Assembly (NCBI GenBank): GCA_965249955.1
Contig: OZ252261.1
Location: forward strand, 852,852 to 916,851
Reading direction: 5' to 3'
From: Bacteroidia bacterium
Lineage (GTDB): Bacteria > Bacteroidota > Bacteroidia > UBA8524
Length of the DNA: 64,000 bases
The notes under the pieces are model-generated. The model was not told the origin of the DNA and made no database searches. It saw nothing but the letters and a program-made list of their open reading frames with translations. The translations under genes were made by a program, and so were the position numbers. Positions 1 through 8,481 of this stretch are shown piece after piece. How positions within the stretch are numbered: position 1 is the stretch's first letter; the number at the start of each line of letters is the position of its first letter.

Positions 1-6
1 AAAAAA

Positions 7-1308
7 TTAAAACGCTACTGCTTCTCCTGCAATGCTGCTCATATCAGGCAAAGTAGCCATACGTCCGGGCAGGCTTGTTGGCGGATTTAAACTTGCGGGT
101 ATGGCGTTGTACATGGCCAATAGTTGGCTTTTGGCTGTAGTTTCGGGCGAGAATTTATAATTCTCAAACGTGGGAGCGGCAAAAGTGCCGTCGGGCAGTT
201 TTAAACCTGTTATATAATCGCACATGGTGCTAAGCATAAACACCATGCCTTTGTGCATACCAAAATTAAATATCTCGCTTTGTTGTGGTAGCGGATTGCG
301 GTAGCAAGCATCCATCAACATATACATATAAGTATATATACCGTTTAGCAGGTTTGATACTGTTTGTATATCGGCAGGATAACTGGCCGTTGTTGGGTTT
401 ACAGGGTAGGGTTTTATAAAATACTTAGTATCGTTAATAAAGTTGGGGAGTTCGTTTTTCAAATCAACAAACTTGCGGTAGTGCGATTCTTCATCACCCA
501 ATTTATCATCTGTAGTATGGTCGTTGGCAATAGTACCTTCGCCTTGCTCTACAATAGTAGTTATTGCACGTCGCACAGCTTCATTACTATCTATAATTAA
601 CAAATCACCGCTATCATCGGCATTGGTAAATTTGGGTTTGTGGTATTTATCGTAATACACCGTATCAACATTGTTGTGGGTGTAGTAGTTGTTACCCGGC
701 CCTAATTGGGGTTGACCTTCGTATTTTTTGTAATCTTCGGGTTTAATATTTTTTTCGATATAATCTAAAATTGTGGCATAAAACTCACCGATAGACACCC
801 AATGTTCGGGGATATTATTGGCGTTTGGTGGTGGTGTACCTCCCGGACTTTCTATAGCTATAAATTGGTCTAGCTGATGATCGGAAAGAGGTGCTAAATC
901 AATTGATAATGCAGGAAATCTACCGGGCAAGTTTACAGGCCAACCTTCGGGCGATATGCCCACCAATTGCGGCATACCCACAAGGGCACGGTGTATGTTT
1001 GATGATAGCGACATGTGTAGCATTTCTTCAATCACCACACTCATAATAGTTGCCCCTGCTTTGTTGGCGTACACCATTACTTCTGCCGATTTTTCAAGCG
1101 CTGCTTGTGCGGCAACATCTGCGGGCATACCTGCATTGATAAATGCGTTGGTATAATCAGCCTGAATTTGGTCTTGATTAGGCTCGCGAATGATTGAGTA
1201 ATACGTGTACAGATAAACGGGAATGGTAGCCATTTCTATATCAATAGCTTGCTGCAAAGCTTGCGCTAGTGAGTCAGAATCTTTGGCTAAAGTTAAAAGT
1301 GCTTTCAT
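7..1308 (-). CDS. Ferritin-like domain protein (433 aa). The N-terminal four-helix ferritin-like region resembles VioB/iminophenyl-pyruvate-dimer-synthase-type Ferritin-like domains; the C-terminal half is unassigned. Complete gene: TAA at 7-9 on the minus strand.
   Basis: N-terminal motifs ATIPVYLYTYYSI and EEMLHMSL are typical of the ferritin-like superfamily; stop codon verified at the window edge. Confidence 0.5.
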   Translation of the reverse strand: MKALLTLAKDSDSLAQALQQAIDIEMATIPVYLYTYYSIIREPNQDQIQADYTNAFINAGMPADVAAQAALEKSAEVMVYANKAGATIMSVVIEEMLHMSLSSNIHRALVGMPQLVGISPEGWPVNLPGRFPALSIDLAPLSDHQLDQFIAIESPGGTPPPNANNIPEHWVSIGEFYATILDYIEKNIKPEDYKKYEGQPQLGPGNNYYTHNNVDTVYYDKYHKPKFTNADDSGDLLIIDSNEAVRRAITTIVEQGEGTIANDHTTDDKLGDEESHYRKFVDLKNELPNFINDTKYFIKPYPVNPTTASYPADIQTVSNLLNGIYTYMYMLMDACYRNPLPQQSEIFNFGMHKGMVFMLSTMCDYITGLKLPDGTFAAPTFENYKFSPETTAKSQLLAMYNAIPASLNPPTSLPGRMATLPDMSSIAGEAVAF

Positions 1309-1459
1309 AAGTATTTTTTATAGTTGTTGATAGTATACATGCTTTTAATAGTACACATCGATAGTTAGCAATAACCCAAAGAAAGTGAGAATATTTAATA
1401 TATGCAACGAGCTTACTTAATTCAGCAGACACTTAAACAGCTATATATTAACACTATAT

Positions 1460-1475
1460 AGGGTGTTATCACCCT
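1460..1475. promoter_or_regulatory. Perfect palindrome AGGGTG-TTAT-CACCCT, with a half-site repeat GGGTGATAA 12 bp downstream, about 150 bp upstream of the ferritin-like gene
   Basis: Read directly. Confidence 0.3.
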
Positions 1476-1880
1476 GTTGGTTTTGGGTGATAAAATCTAA
1501 TGTTTTAGTTTAGAAAAATTAAGTACAAGTAATACAAGGGAATACATCAACCCAAAAAAATGTAATTATCAAAACTATTAATTGCGTTAATGCAGATTTA
1601 TGGCAAAAAAATAAGTTTTAACACCTGCCAAATTTGGTCGATTAATTTTGACAAGGTTTACTACGGATAGGTAAATACGGCTAGGGATAAGAATTTTTAT
1701 TTACAACGGGTTAAAACACTATTATACAAGCCATTGCATAAAGCCCACATTAAACTTGCTATACTTTTATTTTTACTTGTTTTTATAAAAGCTCTTGAGG
1801 GATAAAGGGGAGCAATTGAGCGATTAACAAGCAAGAAGCTCTATTGCTTAGTTTCAATACACGCTTGCACAGGCTTTTAA

Positions 1881-2642
1881 TCAGCTACCCAGCCAAACTT
1901 TAAAATCTGAGGCTCGCTCTCGACTAACAAATATCTCTTCTTTGCCTGAAAAATCGGGTTTAAGGTATAGTTTCAGTTTGCCATTAAACGATAAATGAAT
2001 GTCTTTTACTGCCCCTAATGTGGTTATTACTTTACGGTTGGCACGAAAAAAGTGTTTGGGGTTTAGCTGTCCTTCCAATTGTTCAAGGGTATAATCTACC
2101 ACGTATTTGTGGTTATCGGCAGTTACCAAAAACACTAGTTTATCTTCGGCAAAAAAATAAGCTACATTTTCTATATCAATGGGTATAAGGCGTTGACCTT
2201 GTTTTACTAAAAAACGATTTTTATAATCGCTTTGGCGGCTAAAGTTTTTCACTAATTCGCTTATATCAAACGCGGGTGTGGCAGCGGCTTTTAGCTGATC
2301 GTATTTATCAAATGCAGCTGCAAGATCAACTTTGTTTATAGGTTTCAGCAAATAGTCTATACTATTTACTTTAAAGGCTTTTATAGCATACTCATCGTAT
2401 GCCGTAGTAAATATTACAGGCCATTTAATGGTGGCCGCTTCAAAAATTTCAAAGCTCAATCCATCAGCCAACTGTATATCCATAAAGGCCAAATCGGGGG
2501 CAGGGTTTGCATTGCACCATTCTACAGCAGCTTCCACGCTATCCAAAGGCCCCAGTATTTCAGCATTGGGGCGGCATTCTTTTACCAGTTGTGCTATACG
2601 GCGTGCAGCCGGGGCTTCGTCTTCTATTATTACTATCTTCAT
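1881..2642 (-). CDS. LytTR-family two-component response regulator (receiver domain plus LytTR DNA-binding domain)
   Basis: N-terminal receiver MKIVIIEDE...FMDIQLADG; C-terminal LytTR-type region; 253 aa. Confidence 0.85.
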   Translation of the reverse strand: MKIVIIEDEAPAARRIAQLVKECRPNAEILGPLDSVEAAVEWCNANPAPDLAFMDIQLADGLSFEIFEAATIKWPVIFTTAYDEYAIKAFKVNSIDYLLKPINKVDLAAAFDKYDQLKAAATPAFDISELVKNFSRQSDYKNRFLVKQGQRLIPIDIENVAYFFAEDKLVFLVTADNHKYVVDYTLEQLEGQLNPKHFFRANRKVITTLGAVKDIHLSFNGKLKLYLKPDFSGKEEIFVSRERASDFKVWLGS

Positions 2643-2733
2643 TCAGTTTTAAGTTTGCAGTCTCCTGTTTTTAAGTCTCCTCAAATTGAAAACCCTATTC
2701 AAAAAATCTTAATACTTTATACCTACTTCTTTG

Positions 2734-2768
2734 TTCAATGAAAAATGCTAAATGTTCAATGCTAAATG
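2734..2768 (-). repeat. Heptad tract H1 (mRNA sense CATTTAG CATTGAA CATTTAG CATTTTT CATTGAA), directly abutting the stop codon of the LytS-like kinase gene
   Basis: Read directly. Confidence 0.7.
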
Positions 2769-3830
2769 TCATCCATTTCCAAGCGGCAGTTTCACAATAA
2801 AATCGTCTGTAGTTTCAAAAATATCAATGCTTTTATTAAATATATAACGATAGCGATTGATAAGATTTTGCAGGCCAATTTTGGTGCTGCTTTCTACCGA
2901 TTTCTTTTTTTGCAGTTTATTTTTGGTCACCAACATTCCGGCAGCATCAATATAAATATCAATAAAAAGGGGTTTTAAACTCGATATTATATTGTGCTTA
3001 ATGGCATTTTCAACCAGTATTTGCAGCGATAGCGGAGGTATTTGCTTGTTGTTGTACTGGGCAGGCACATTTATGTGTACGTGCAGGTTATCGCCAAAAC
3101 GTATTTTTTGTAAAAAGAAATAGGCATCAATACAATCCAGCTCAGTTTTTAAGTCCACCGTCTCGTCGTCTTTATATTGCAACAAGTAGCGGTATACGCT
3201 GCTTAGTTTTTCTACAAACTCAACCGCTTGATCAGAATTTTCGGGAATAATAGTAGCAAGGGTGTTGAGACTATTGAACAGAAAGTGTGGGTTGACTTGG
3301 TTTTTAAGGGCTGCAAATTGCGATTGCAGGTTTTCTTGTTTCAGCTTTTCAGCATTTAGCAAAGCCAATTTCCATTGTTTAAAAAGAAATACCGCTTCAG
3401 ACAATGCTGTGGTGATAATGGTGATAATAAGTGAGATAATATTGACTTCAAATATAAATTGGCCAATGTTTTCATTGACACAATCCATCATATAAGTGAA
3501 GTAGAAGTATGTTATTATTGACGATAGTACTATGGTGATAAATACTGTTGCAATAATTTGAACAAAAAACCTTCGGCTGCCGTTCTCTCGCCACGGCATT
3601 GTTTTTTCAAGGTAGTTTGATATTATGCTACTAGCGCCATACAGCACAGTAGCCATAATAACGGTAAATATAAAAGTATTCCAAAAGCCGCCTTCAATAT
3701 CTTCGTTTTCGGCAGGAGCTTGGTTGGTAAAATAAAACCTAAGAAGATAGTAAATGGGCACAAGTATGCCTATACCTAGTATTATGGTAATGTACCCTTT
3801 TTGCTTTGCTATTTTTTTTACTAATCTCAA
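2769..3830 (-). CDS. Membrane sensor histidine kinase of the LytS/YehU type (His_kinase internal region), cognate to the downstream LytTR regulator
   Basis: Multiple N-terminal TM helices; motif NPHFLFNSLNTLATII is characteristic of the PF06580 histidine kinase family; C-terminal HATPase-like region. Confidence 0.8.
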   Translation of the reverse strand: MRLVKKIAKQKGYITIILGIGILVPIYYLLRFYFTNQAPAENEDIEGGFWNTFIFTVIMATVLYGASSIISNYLEKTMPWRENGSRRFFVQIIATVFITIVLSSIITYFYFTYMMDCVNENIGQFIFEVNIISLIITIITTALSEAVFLFKQWKLALLNAEKLKQENLQSQFAALKNQVNPHFLFNSLNTLATIIPENSDQAVEFVEKLSSVYRYLLQYKDDETVDLKTELDCIDAYFFLQKIRFGDNLHVHINVPAQYNNKQIPPLSLQILVENAIKHNIISSLKPLFIDIYIDAAGMLVTKNKLQKKKSVESSTKIGLQNLINRYRYIFNKSIDIFETTDDFIVKLPLGNG

Positions 3831-3854
3831 GTTGTCGGTAATTTATTAATTAAG

Positions 3855-3897
3855 TAATGCGCAGGCCTGCGGCCTGCGCATTACACTCTTTTTTTTG
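3855..3897. terminator. Perfect 13-bp-arm palindrome TAATGCGCAGGCC-TGC-GGCCTGCGCATTA followed by a T8 run. It lies between the TonB receptor stop and the kinase gene start, and could be a bidirectional terminator or attenuator.
   Basis: Read directly: arms 3855-3867 and 3871-3883, T-run 3888-3897. Confidence 0.5.
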
Positions 3898-3911
3898 GCT
3901 TAAATATACTA

Positions 3912-6299
3912 TTAAAACTGTAAGCGATAGAACGGTACAGGGAATATACCTATTTGATTAAAGGTTTCAATATTGCCTGTTTTTTGGTTGTATTGGCGCA
4001 CCAGCACATTTTGTATATTCAGTATGTTTTGTATATCAATAGCCCACTCGTGCGTTACACGTTTACCGTTTTTCTTAAACCCTATTCTAAAATCGGTTCT
4101 AAAAAAGTCTTTTTCGCGAGTAGCATACGCCTTGCTATCGTCGTATACTTGTTTGCCTTGCCTGCGGCTTTCGTCCAAATCAATAGCAAGGTAGCGGCGA
4201 CCGCCTGCGTAGGTAACTTTTAGGTTAAAGCTAAGTATACCGTTGTTTTTGGTTTTAATCTCACGCCCAAACAAAGCATTGGCTACAAAATTGCCATTAA
4301 AGGCTGTATTGCGCCATTTGTTATCGCTAGCCAAATACTCGCTATTGTATAACGACACTGTTCCTAAATAGTAGAAACCTTTATTAAAAAATCGCTCAAG
4401 CGTTAGTTCAACCCCATAGTTGCGCCCCAAACCTTTGTTTACAAGGCTATCAACATTGGGAAAACCAAAATCAGCCCCAAAATTAACGGTACTGTATGTG
4501 CTTGGGTTTTGGGTAACGGCTATATTGTTTAAGTATTGGTAGTAGGCTTCAGTTTTAAAGCGCACGTTTTGGTTTAGCAATATTTCATAACCGCCAATAA
4601 AATGGTGGCTTTTGGTAAAACTTAAATCTTTATTGGTTTGTATGCTTTGTGTGCGCATATCGTCCAAATATGTCAGCTCTAAATAAACAGGTATAGGTTG
4701 CATTTGGCTGTGCAAGCCATAGCCAAAGCTAAGGGTTTGGCGGGTAGCCAACTTGTATTTAAAAGATGCACGCGGCTCAACCGAGCTGCTATTGTTATAA
4801 AACAAATGATTGAAGTGTAAACCTGCATTTAGCGTGGCTTTTTCGTTTATTTTCCAATTCCAGTTGGCGTATGCTTGCCCCAAATACATCTCTTTACCGT
4901 TATAATCGTACTGGCGCACCCACGATGAGTAGTTTTGTCCCCCCACAACACTATCAACACGTAAAAAACTATCGTTGGCACCTGCAATAAAACGGGTAGC
5001 TATTACCCCAAACTTGAGGCTGTTTTTTGCATTTATTTTTTGGTTGATAAAACTATGTATGGCGTTTCGGCCTGAGTAGTTTTGACGGCCAAAGCTGCGT
5101 ATTTTTTCAACAGAGGGGCTTAATGAATCTAAAGTGGTACGGTTACGCTCGCCCGATGCACTAAGCACCGTTTTCATATAGCTGTTTTTACTTAACGATA
5201 TAGTATGTACCAAACCTGCGGCAAACATTCCGCTGCTAAAATCTAAATCTTGTGGACTGCTTAGTTTAGCAAACTCTTCTTTAGTTTTTTTACTATCGTT
5301 AATATTAGTTCCGCTTAAACCTCCAATGGCAAACACACTAAAATTACCCGCGCGGGTTTTACCAAAATTTAGTTTCATGGTAAGGTCTTGCCAGCGCGGT
5401 GCACCGCTACTTCCAAAATCAAAACCCAGCGAGCTTAAAAAATCGAGCGTGCTATACCTATAATTTACCAAAAACGATGATTTTGACTTTTTTATGGGGC
5501 CTTCGGCCATAAACTCTACCCCGCTAAAACCTATTTGACCGGTGTACTCCATCTTCTCATTATTACCATCACGCATTTTCAAATCAAACACACCCGAAAG
5601 CGCATTACCATACTCGGTAGGGAAAGCACCCGTTATAAAATCAGAATTGGCCAGTGTGTTATTATTTAAAATACTAACGGGGCCACCGTTTGCCCCTTGA
5701 TTACCAAAGTGGTTGGGGTTGGGTATATCCACACCCTCCAATCTCCACAATAAACCCAAAGGTGAGTTACCTCGTATCACAATATCGTTGCGCTGGTCGT
5801 TACCACCGCCTGCCACCCCTGCAAAGTTAGTTGCCATACGGCTAGGGTCGCCCAAGCCACCCGCATAGCGTTGTGTTTGGTCGATAGTAAACGAGCGTCC
5901 ACTCACCATCACCAATTCGTTATTGGTTTTGCTGGGGTCGCTTTTGGCAGTTATCACCACTTCGGTTGCGGCAACAATATCTTCCTCCATTGTAATTTTC
6001 AGTACAACTTCTTTGGCTGAGTTTACAATAATATCAGGTATTACCACCTCTTTATACCCTGTGTAGGTAATACGTATGGTTTGCCTGCCCAATGGCACGC
6101 CTGTGATACGAAAATTACCATCAACATCAGTACTTGCACCCATTATAGGGGTAGTGTTTAGCAGCGTTACGGCAGCACCAATAAGTTCGCCATTGGTTTC
6201 CTTATCTATAACCGTACCGCGAATAGTTTGTGTTAGCTGTGCCTTTGTGGCAAAAGAAAAGCAGATAATTAATACAACAGTATTTAGTAGTTTTTTCAT
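3912..6299 (-). CDS. TonB-dependent outer-membrane receptor with an N-terminal CarboxypepD_reg-like domain
   Basis: Signal peptide; TIRGTVIDKETNGELIGAAVTLL (CarboxypepD_reg); plug region; C-terminal beta-barrel ending in an aromatic residue (F); 795 aa. Confidence 0.85.
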   Translation of the reverse strand: MKKLLNTVVLIICFSFATKAQLTQTIRGTVIDKETNGELIGAAVTLLNTTPIMGASTDVDGNFRITGVPLGRQTIRITYTGYKEVVIPDIIVNSAKEVVLKITMEEDIVAATEVVITAKSDPSKTNNELVMVSGRSFTIDQTQRYAGGLGDPSRMATNFAGVAGGGNDQRNDIVIRGNSPLGLLWRLEGVDIPNPNHFGNQGANGGPVSILNNNTLANSDFITGAFPTEYGNALSGVFDLKMRDGNNEKMEYTGQIGFSGVEFMAEGPIKKSKSSFLVNYRYSTLDFLSSLGFDFGSSGAPRWQDLTMKLNFGKTRAGNFSVFAIGGLSGTNINDSKKTKEEFAKLSSPQDLDFSSGMFAAGLVHTISLSKNSYMKTVLSASGERNRTTLDSLSPSVEKIRSFGRQNYSGRNAIHSFINQKINAKNSLKFGVIATRFIAGANDSFLRVDSVVGGQNYSSWVRQYDYNGKEMYLGQAYANWNWKINEKATLNAGLHFNHLFYNNSSSVEPRASFKYKLATRQTLSFGYGLHSQMQPIPVYLELTYLDDMRTQSIQTNKDLSFTKSHHFIGGYEILLNQNVRFKTEAYYQYLNNIAVTQNPSTYSTVNFGADFGFPNVDSLVNKGLGRNYGVELTLERFFNKGFYYLGTVSLYNSEYLASDNKWRNTAFNGNFVANALFGREIKTKNNGILSFNLKVTYAGGRRYLAIDLDESRRQGKQVYDDSKAYATREKDFFRTDFRIGFKKNGKRVTHEWAIDIQNILNIQNVLVRQYNQKTGNIETFNQIGIFPVPFYRLQF

Positions 6300-6498
6300 T
6301 AGTTTGGTTGATTGTTAATCAGAAACAAAGTTGCAATTGGATTTTTTAACCAAAAATAACAGCACGACGAACTGTATAATTTTAGGGGTGAAATGTATTT
6401 TTTGAAGGTCAACCGTTAAAGCATTTCATCGAAAAAAGGTGCTGAAGTGTAACTTTTTAATGCCCAAATACGTATTTTTACTATAATTTATAATCCGC

Positions 6499-7098
6499 AT
6501 GAAAAGCTTTCTTTTTGCACTTATTCTTTTATCAAGCGTGGCTTTGCAAGCTCAAGAAAAATATAGTATTGCAGCACTGCAACGCAAAAGTAACCTTAAA
6601 GTTACCCTAATAAAGGGCGGCGAATCATACTTTCAATCTCCGTTTTATCTTAATAATCATCGCTATTTAGGGCTTGAGTACGAAAGGCATTTAAAAAGCA
6701 AGCATACACTAACAGCAGGGGGAAGCTTTTATAAGGTGAATAACCTATATGGTGTAAATAATTTTAAATGGTACTCAGCAGGACTTGAGCTTGGCTATAG
6801 GTATTATTTATTGCCCTTTAAAGGCAAACAACCCTTTAACGGATTTTATACAGGCGTTGGTTTAGCAAGCTACTACAACTATGGCAAACAAGTGGTAGGT
6901 GGCAGAGTAAACAATATATACAAACACTTTAGCACCACAGGAAACATAAAACTGGGCGTACAAACTACTTTTTTACGCCGTTTTTCTTTTGATGTTGAAG
7001 CAAACTATACAGTAGATAGGTTTTTCTTGAGAAGAATAGAAACAAATACAACACTGCAACAGATAAACACCACTGTGCGCATAGGCTATACATTTTAA
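6499..7098 (+). CDS. Hypothetical secreted protein, possibly a small outer-membrane beta-barrel (199 aa)
   Basis: Signal peptide MKSFLFALILLSSVALQAQE; alternating hydrophobic/aromatic pattern; C-terminal aromatic (F). Confidence 0.4.
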   Translation: MKSFLFALILLSSVALQAQEKYSIAALQRKSNLKVTLIKGGESYFQSPFYLNNHRYLGLEYERHLKSKHTLTAGGSFYKVNNLYGVNNFKWYSAGLELGYRYYLLPFKGKQPFNGFYTGVGLASYYNYGKQVVGGRVNNIYKHFSTTGNIKLGVQTTFLRRFSFDVEANYTVDRFFLRRIETNTTLQQINTTVRIGYTF

Positions 7099-7231
7099 AC
7101 CTATTCTTCAATTGCACTAAACACAAGCTAAAACAGCTATTTGCACAGTAGTGGCAAAGGTATTTTATGGGCAATAAGGGTTAATTTCACACAGTATTAA
7201 CGTTATTTGTCATTACTTTGTAACCTATACC

Positions 7232-7972
7232 ATGAGTGCAAAACCCACAGAAACCCACATACACCTAGGCAAAAACCCACTAAGCAAATACCAAGAATAT
7301 TTGGGCGAATTTGTATACGGCGGCATTGACGGCTGTGTAACCACCTTTGCTGTTGTGGCAGGGGCTGCGGGTGCAAATTTGGGTAGCAATGTAATTTTGA
7401 TACTGGGCTTTGCCAACCTTTTTGCCGATGGTTTTGCTATGAGTGTAGGCAGCTACCTAAGCGCAAAAGCCGAACAAGAAAATTACGACAAGCACAAACG
7501 CCACGAGTATTGGGAAATTGAAAATTTTAGAGAGAAAGAGATAGAAGAAATACGCGAAATATACCAAGCCAAAGGTTTTGAAGGCGAGTTGCTTGAAAAA
7601 GCAATAGAGGTAATAACAGCAGATAAAGACCGCTGGGTGGATGTGATGATGAAGGAAGAATTGGAGATGTTTGAAAGCGGCAAAGCCCCCATACAATCGG
7701 GTTTAATGACTTTTGCATCGTTTGTAATAGTGGGTTTTATTCCCATTATGGTATACCTAGCCGATTTTGCCTTTGATATGCAACTGGGCGACAAATCCTT
7801 TATATGGTCGGCAGCACTTACCGCCTTTGGGTTTATTACCATTGGCTACCTCAAATCAATAGTAAACCACACCAGCAAGCGCAAAGGCATACTAGAAACA
7901 CTTATACTGGGCACTATTGCTGCGCTTGTAGCCTACTTTTTAGGCGATTTTTTAGAAGGCGTGCTTAGGTAA
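7232..7972 (+). CDS. VIT1/CCC1-family iron/manganese transporter
   Basis: GGIDGCVTTFAVVAGAAGA motif; N-terminal cytosolic part plus C-terminal TM helices; 246 aa. Confidence 0.8.
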   Translation: MSAKPTETHIHLGKNPLSKYQEYLGEFVYGGIDGCVTTFAVVAGAAGANLGSNVILILGFANLFADGFAMSVGSYLSAKAEQENYDKHKRHEYWEIENFREKEIEEIREIYQAKGFEGELLEKAIEVITADKDRWVDVMMKEELEMFESGKAPIQSGLMTFASFVIVGFIPIMVYLADFAFDMQLGDKSFIWSAALTAFGFITIGYLKSIVNHTSKRKGILETLILGTIAALVAYFLGDFLEGVLR

Positions 7973-8130
7973 GCGCACCCCTACCCTATTAATACATTAG
8001 TGGCACTTCCCCTCCATACAAATCTTATATTAAGCACTAAAAAAAATTAACAAACAACCTCAACTAAATATAACCTAAGGTGTTTTATTTCACTATAAAT
8101 TCATCTTTACAAAAAAATTACAAACAAAAA

Positions 8131-8163
8131 TTTGCTAACACCAAAAATTATTATTTACCTTTG
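8131..8163 (+). promoter_or_regulatory. Candidate Bacteroidetes-type promoter: TTG, about 21 nt spacer, then TACCTTTG (-7 box, TAnnTTTG)
   Basis: tttgctaacaccaaaaattattatttacctttg read directly; no CDS follows for about 300 nt. Confidence 0.3.
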
Positions 8164-8167
8164 CACA

Positions 8168-8362
8168 GCAAAAAAGATAAATACAAGAAGTTTAACCCTC
8201 TAACTAAATTAAAACAGTGCTAAAGTACACAAACATTATACAAGCAGATAGGCCACTAGGTGGTCATCTACACGTTCGTGTGCTAAAGCATAAAAGTTAG
8301 CTGATAACTTTTTCGCCCCGATATATAAGGCCCCGAACGTAGTAACGCTCGGGGCTTTTTTG
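8168..8362 (+). ncRNA. Candidate small non-coding RNA (about 190 nt) delimited by a TAnnTTTG promoter and an intrinsic terminator, upstream of rtcB
   Basis: I found no ATG-initiated ORF in the interval; it ends in the hairpin GCCCCGAACG-TAGTAA-CGCTCGGGGC plus TTTTTTG (8330-8362). Confidence 0.2.
8330..8362 (+). terminator. Rho-independent terminator (10-bp stem with one mismatch, then T6)
   Basis: ggccccgaacgtagtaacgctcggggcttttttg. Confidence 0.6.
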
Positions 8363-8429
8363 TTTTCCGTCAGTCATCCCGAATTTATTTCGGGATCTCG
8401 CTCCACATAAAACACAAATTGGTAATGAG

Positions 8430-8450
8430 ATGCTGAAACAAGTTCAGCAC
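8430..8450 (+). repeat. A-box hairpin element copy A1 (ATGCTGAA-ACAAG-TTCAGCAc), 30 bp before the rtcB start. It is preceded by a second hairpin atcccga-atttatt-tcgggat (8385-8405).
   Basis: Read directly; same element at 10005-10025, 43959-43979 (inverted), 44069-44089 and 61223-61243. Confidence 0.8.
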
Positions 8451-8481
8451 GACTGCAATTTTTTCAAAAAAAAAACAAAAA

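Noticed and set aside
7-1308. I checked whether the ferritin-like gene is truncated at the window edge.
   Set aside because: A TAA stop is present at 7-9 on the minus strand, so the gene is complete within the window.
6300-6498. A cobalamin or other riboswitch upstream of the TonB-dependent receptors (6300-6498 and 23058-23394).
   Set aside because: No B12-box (GCCACTG) or other recognisable riboswitch core is present in either leader.
8400-8481. A sigma-54 (-24/-12) promoter upstream of rtcB, as in the E. coli rtcBA operon.
   Set aside because: The nearest match is caGCACGac-TGCAa. It lacks the essential GG of TGGCAC, and its spacing to the TTGC element is wrong. No rtcR is present.
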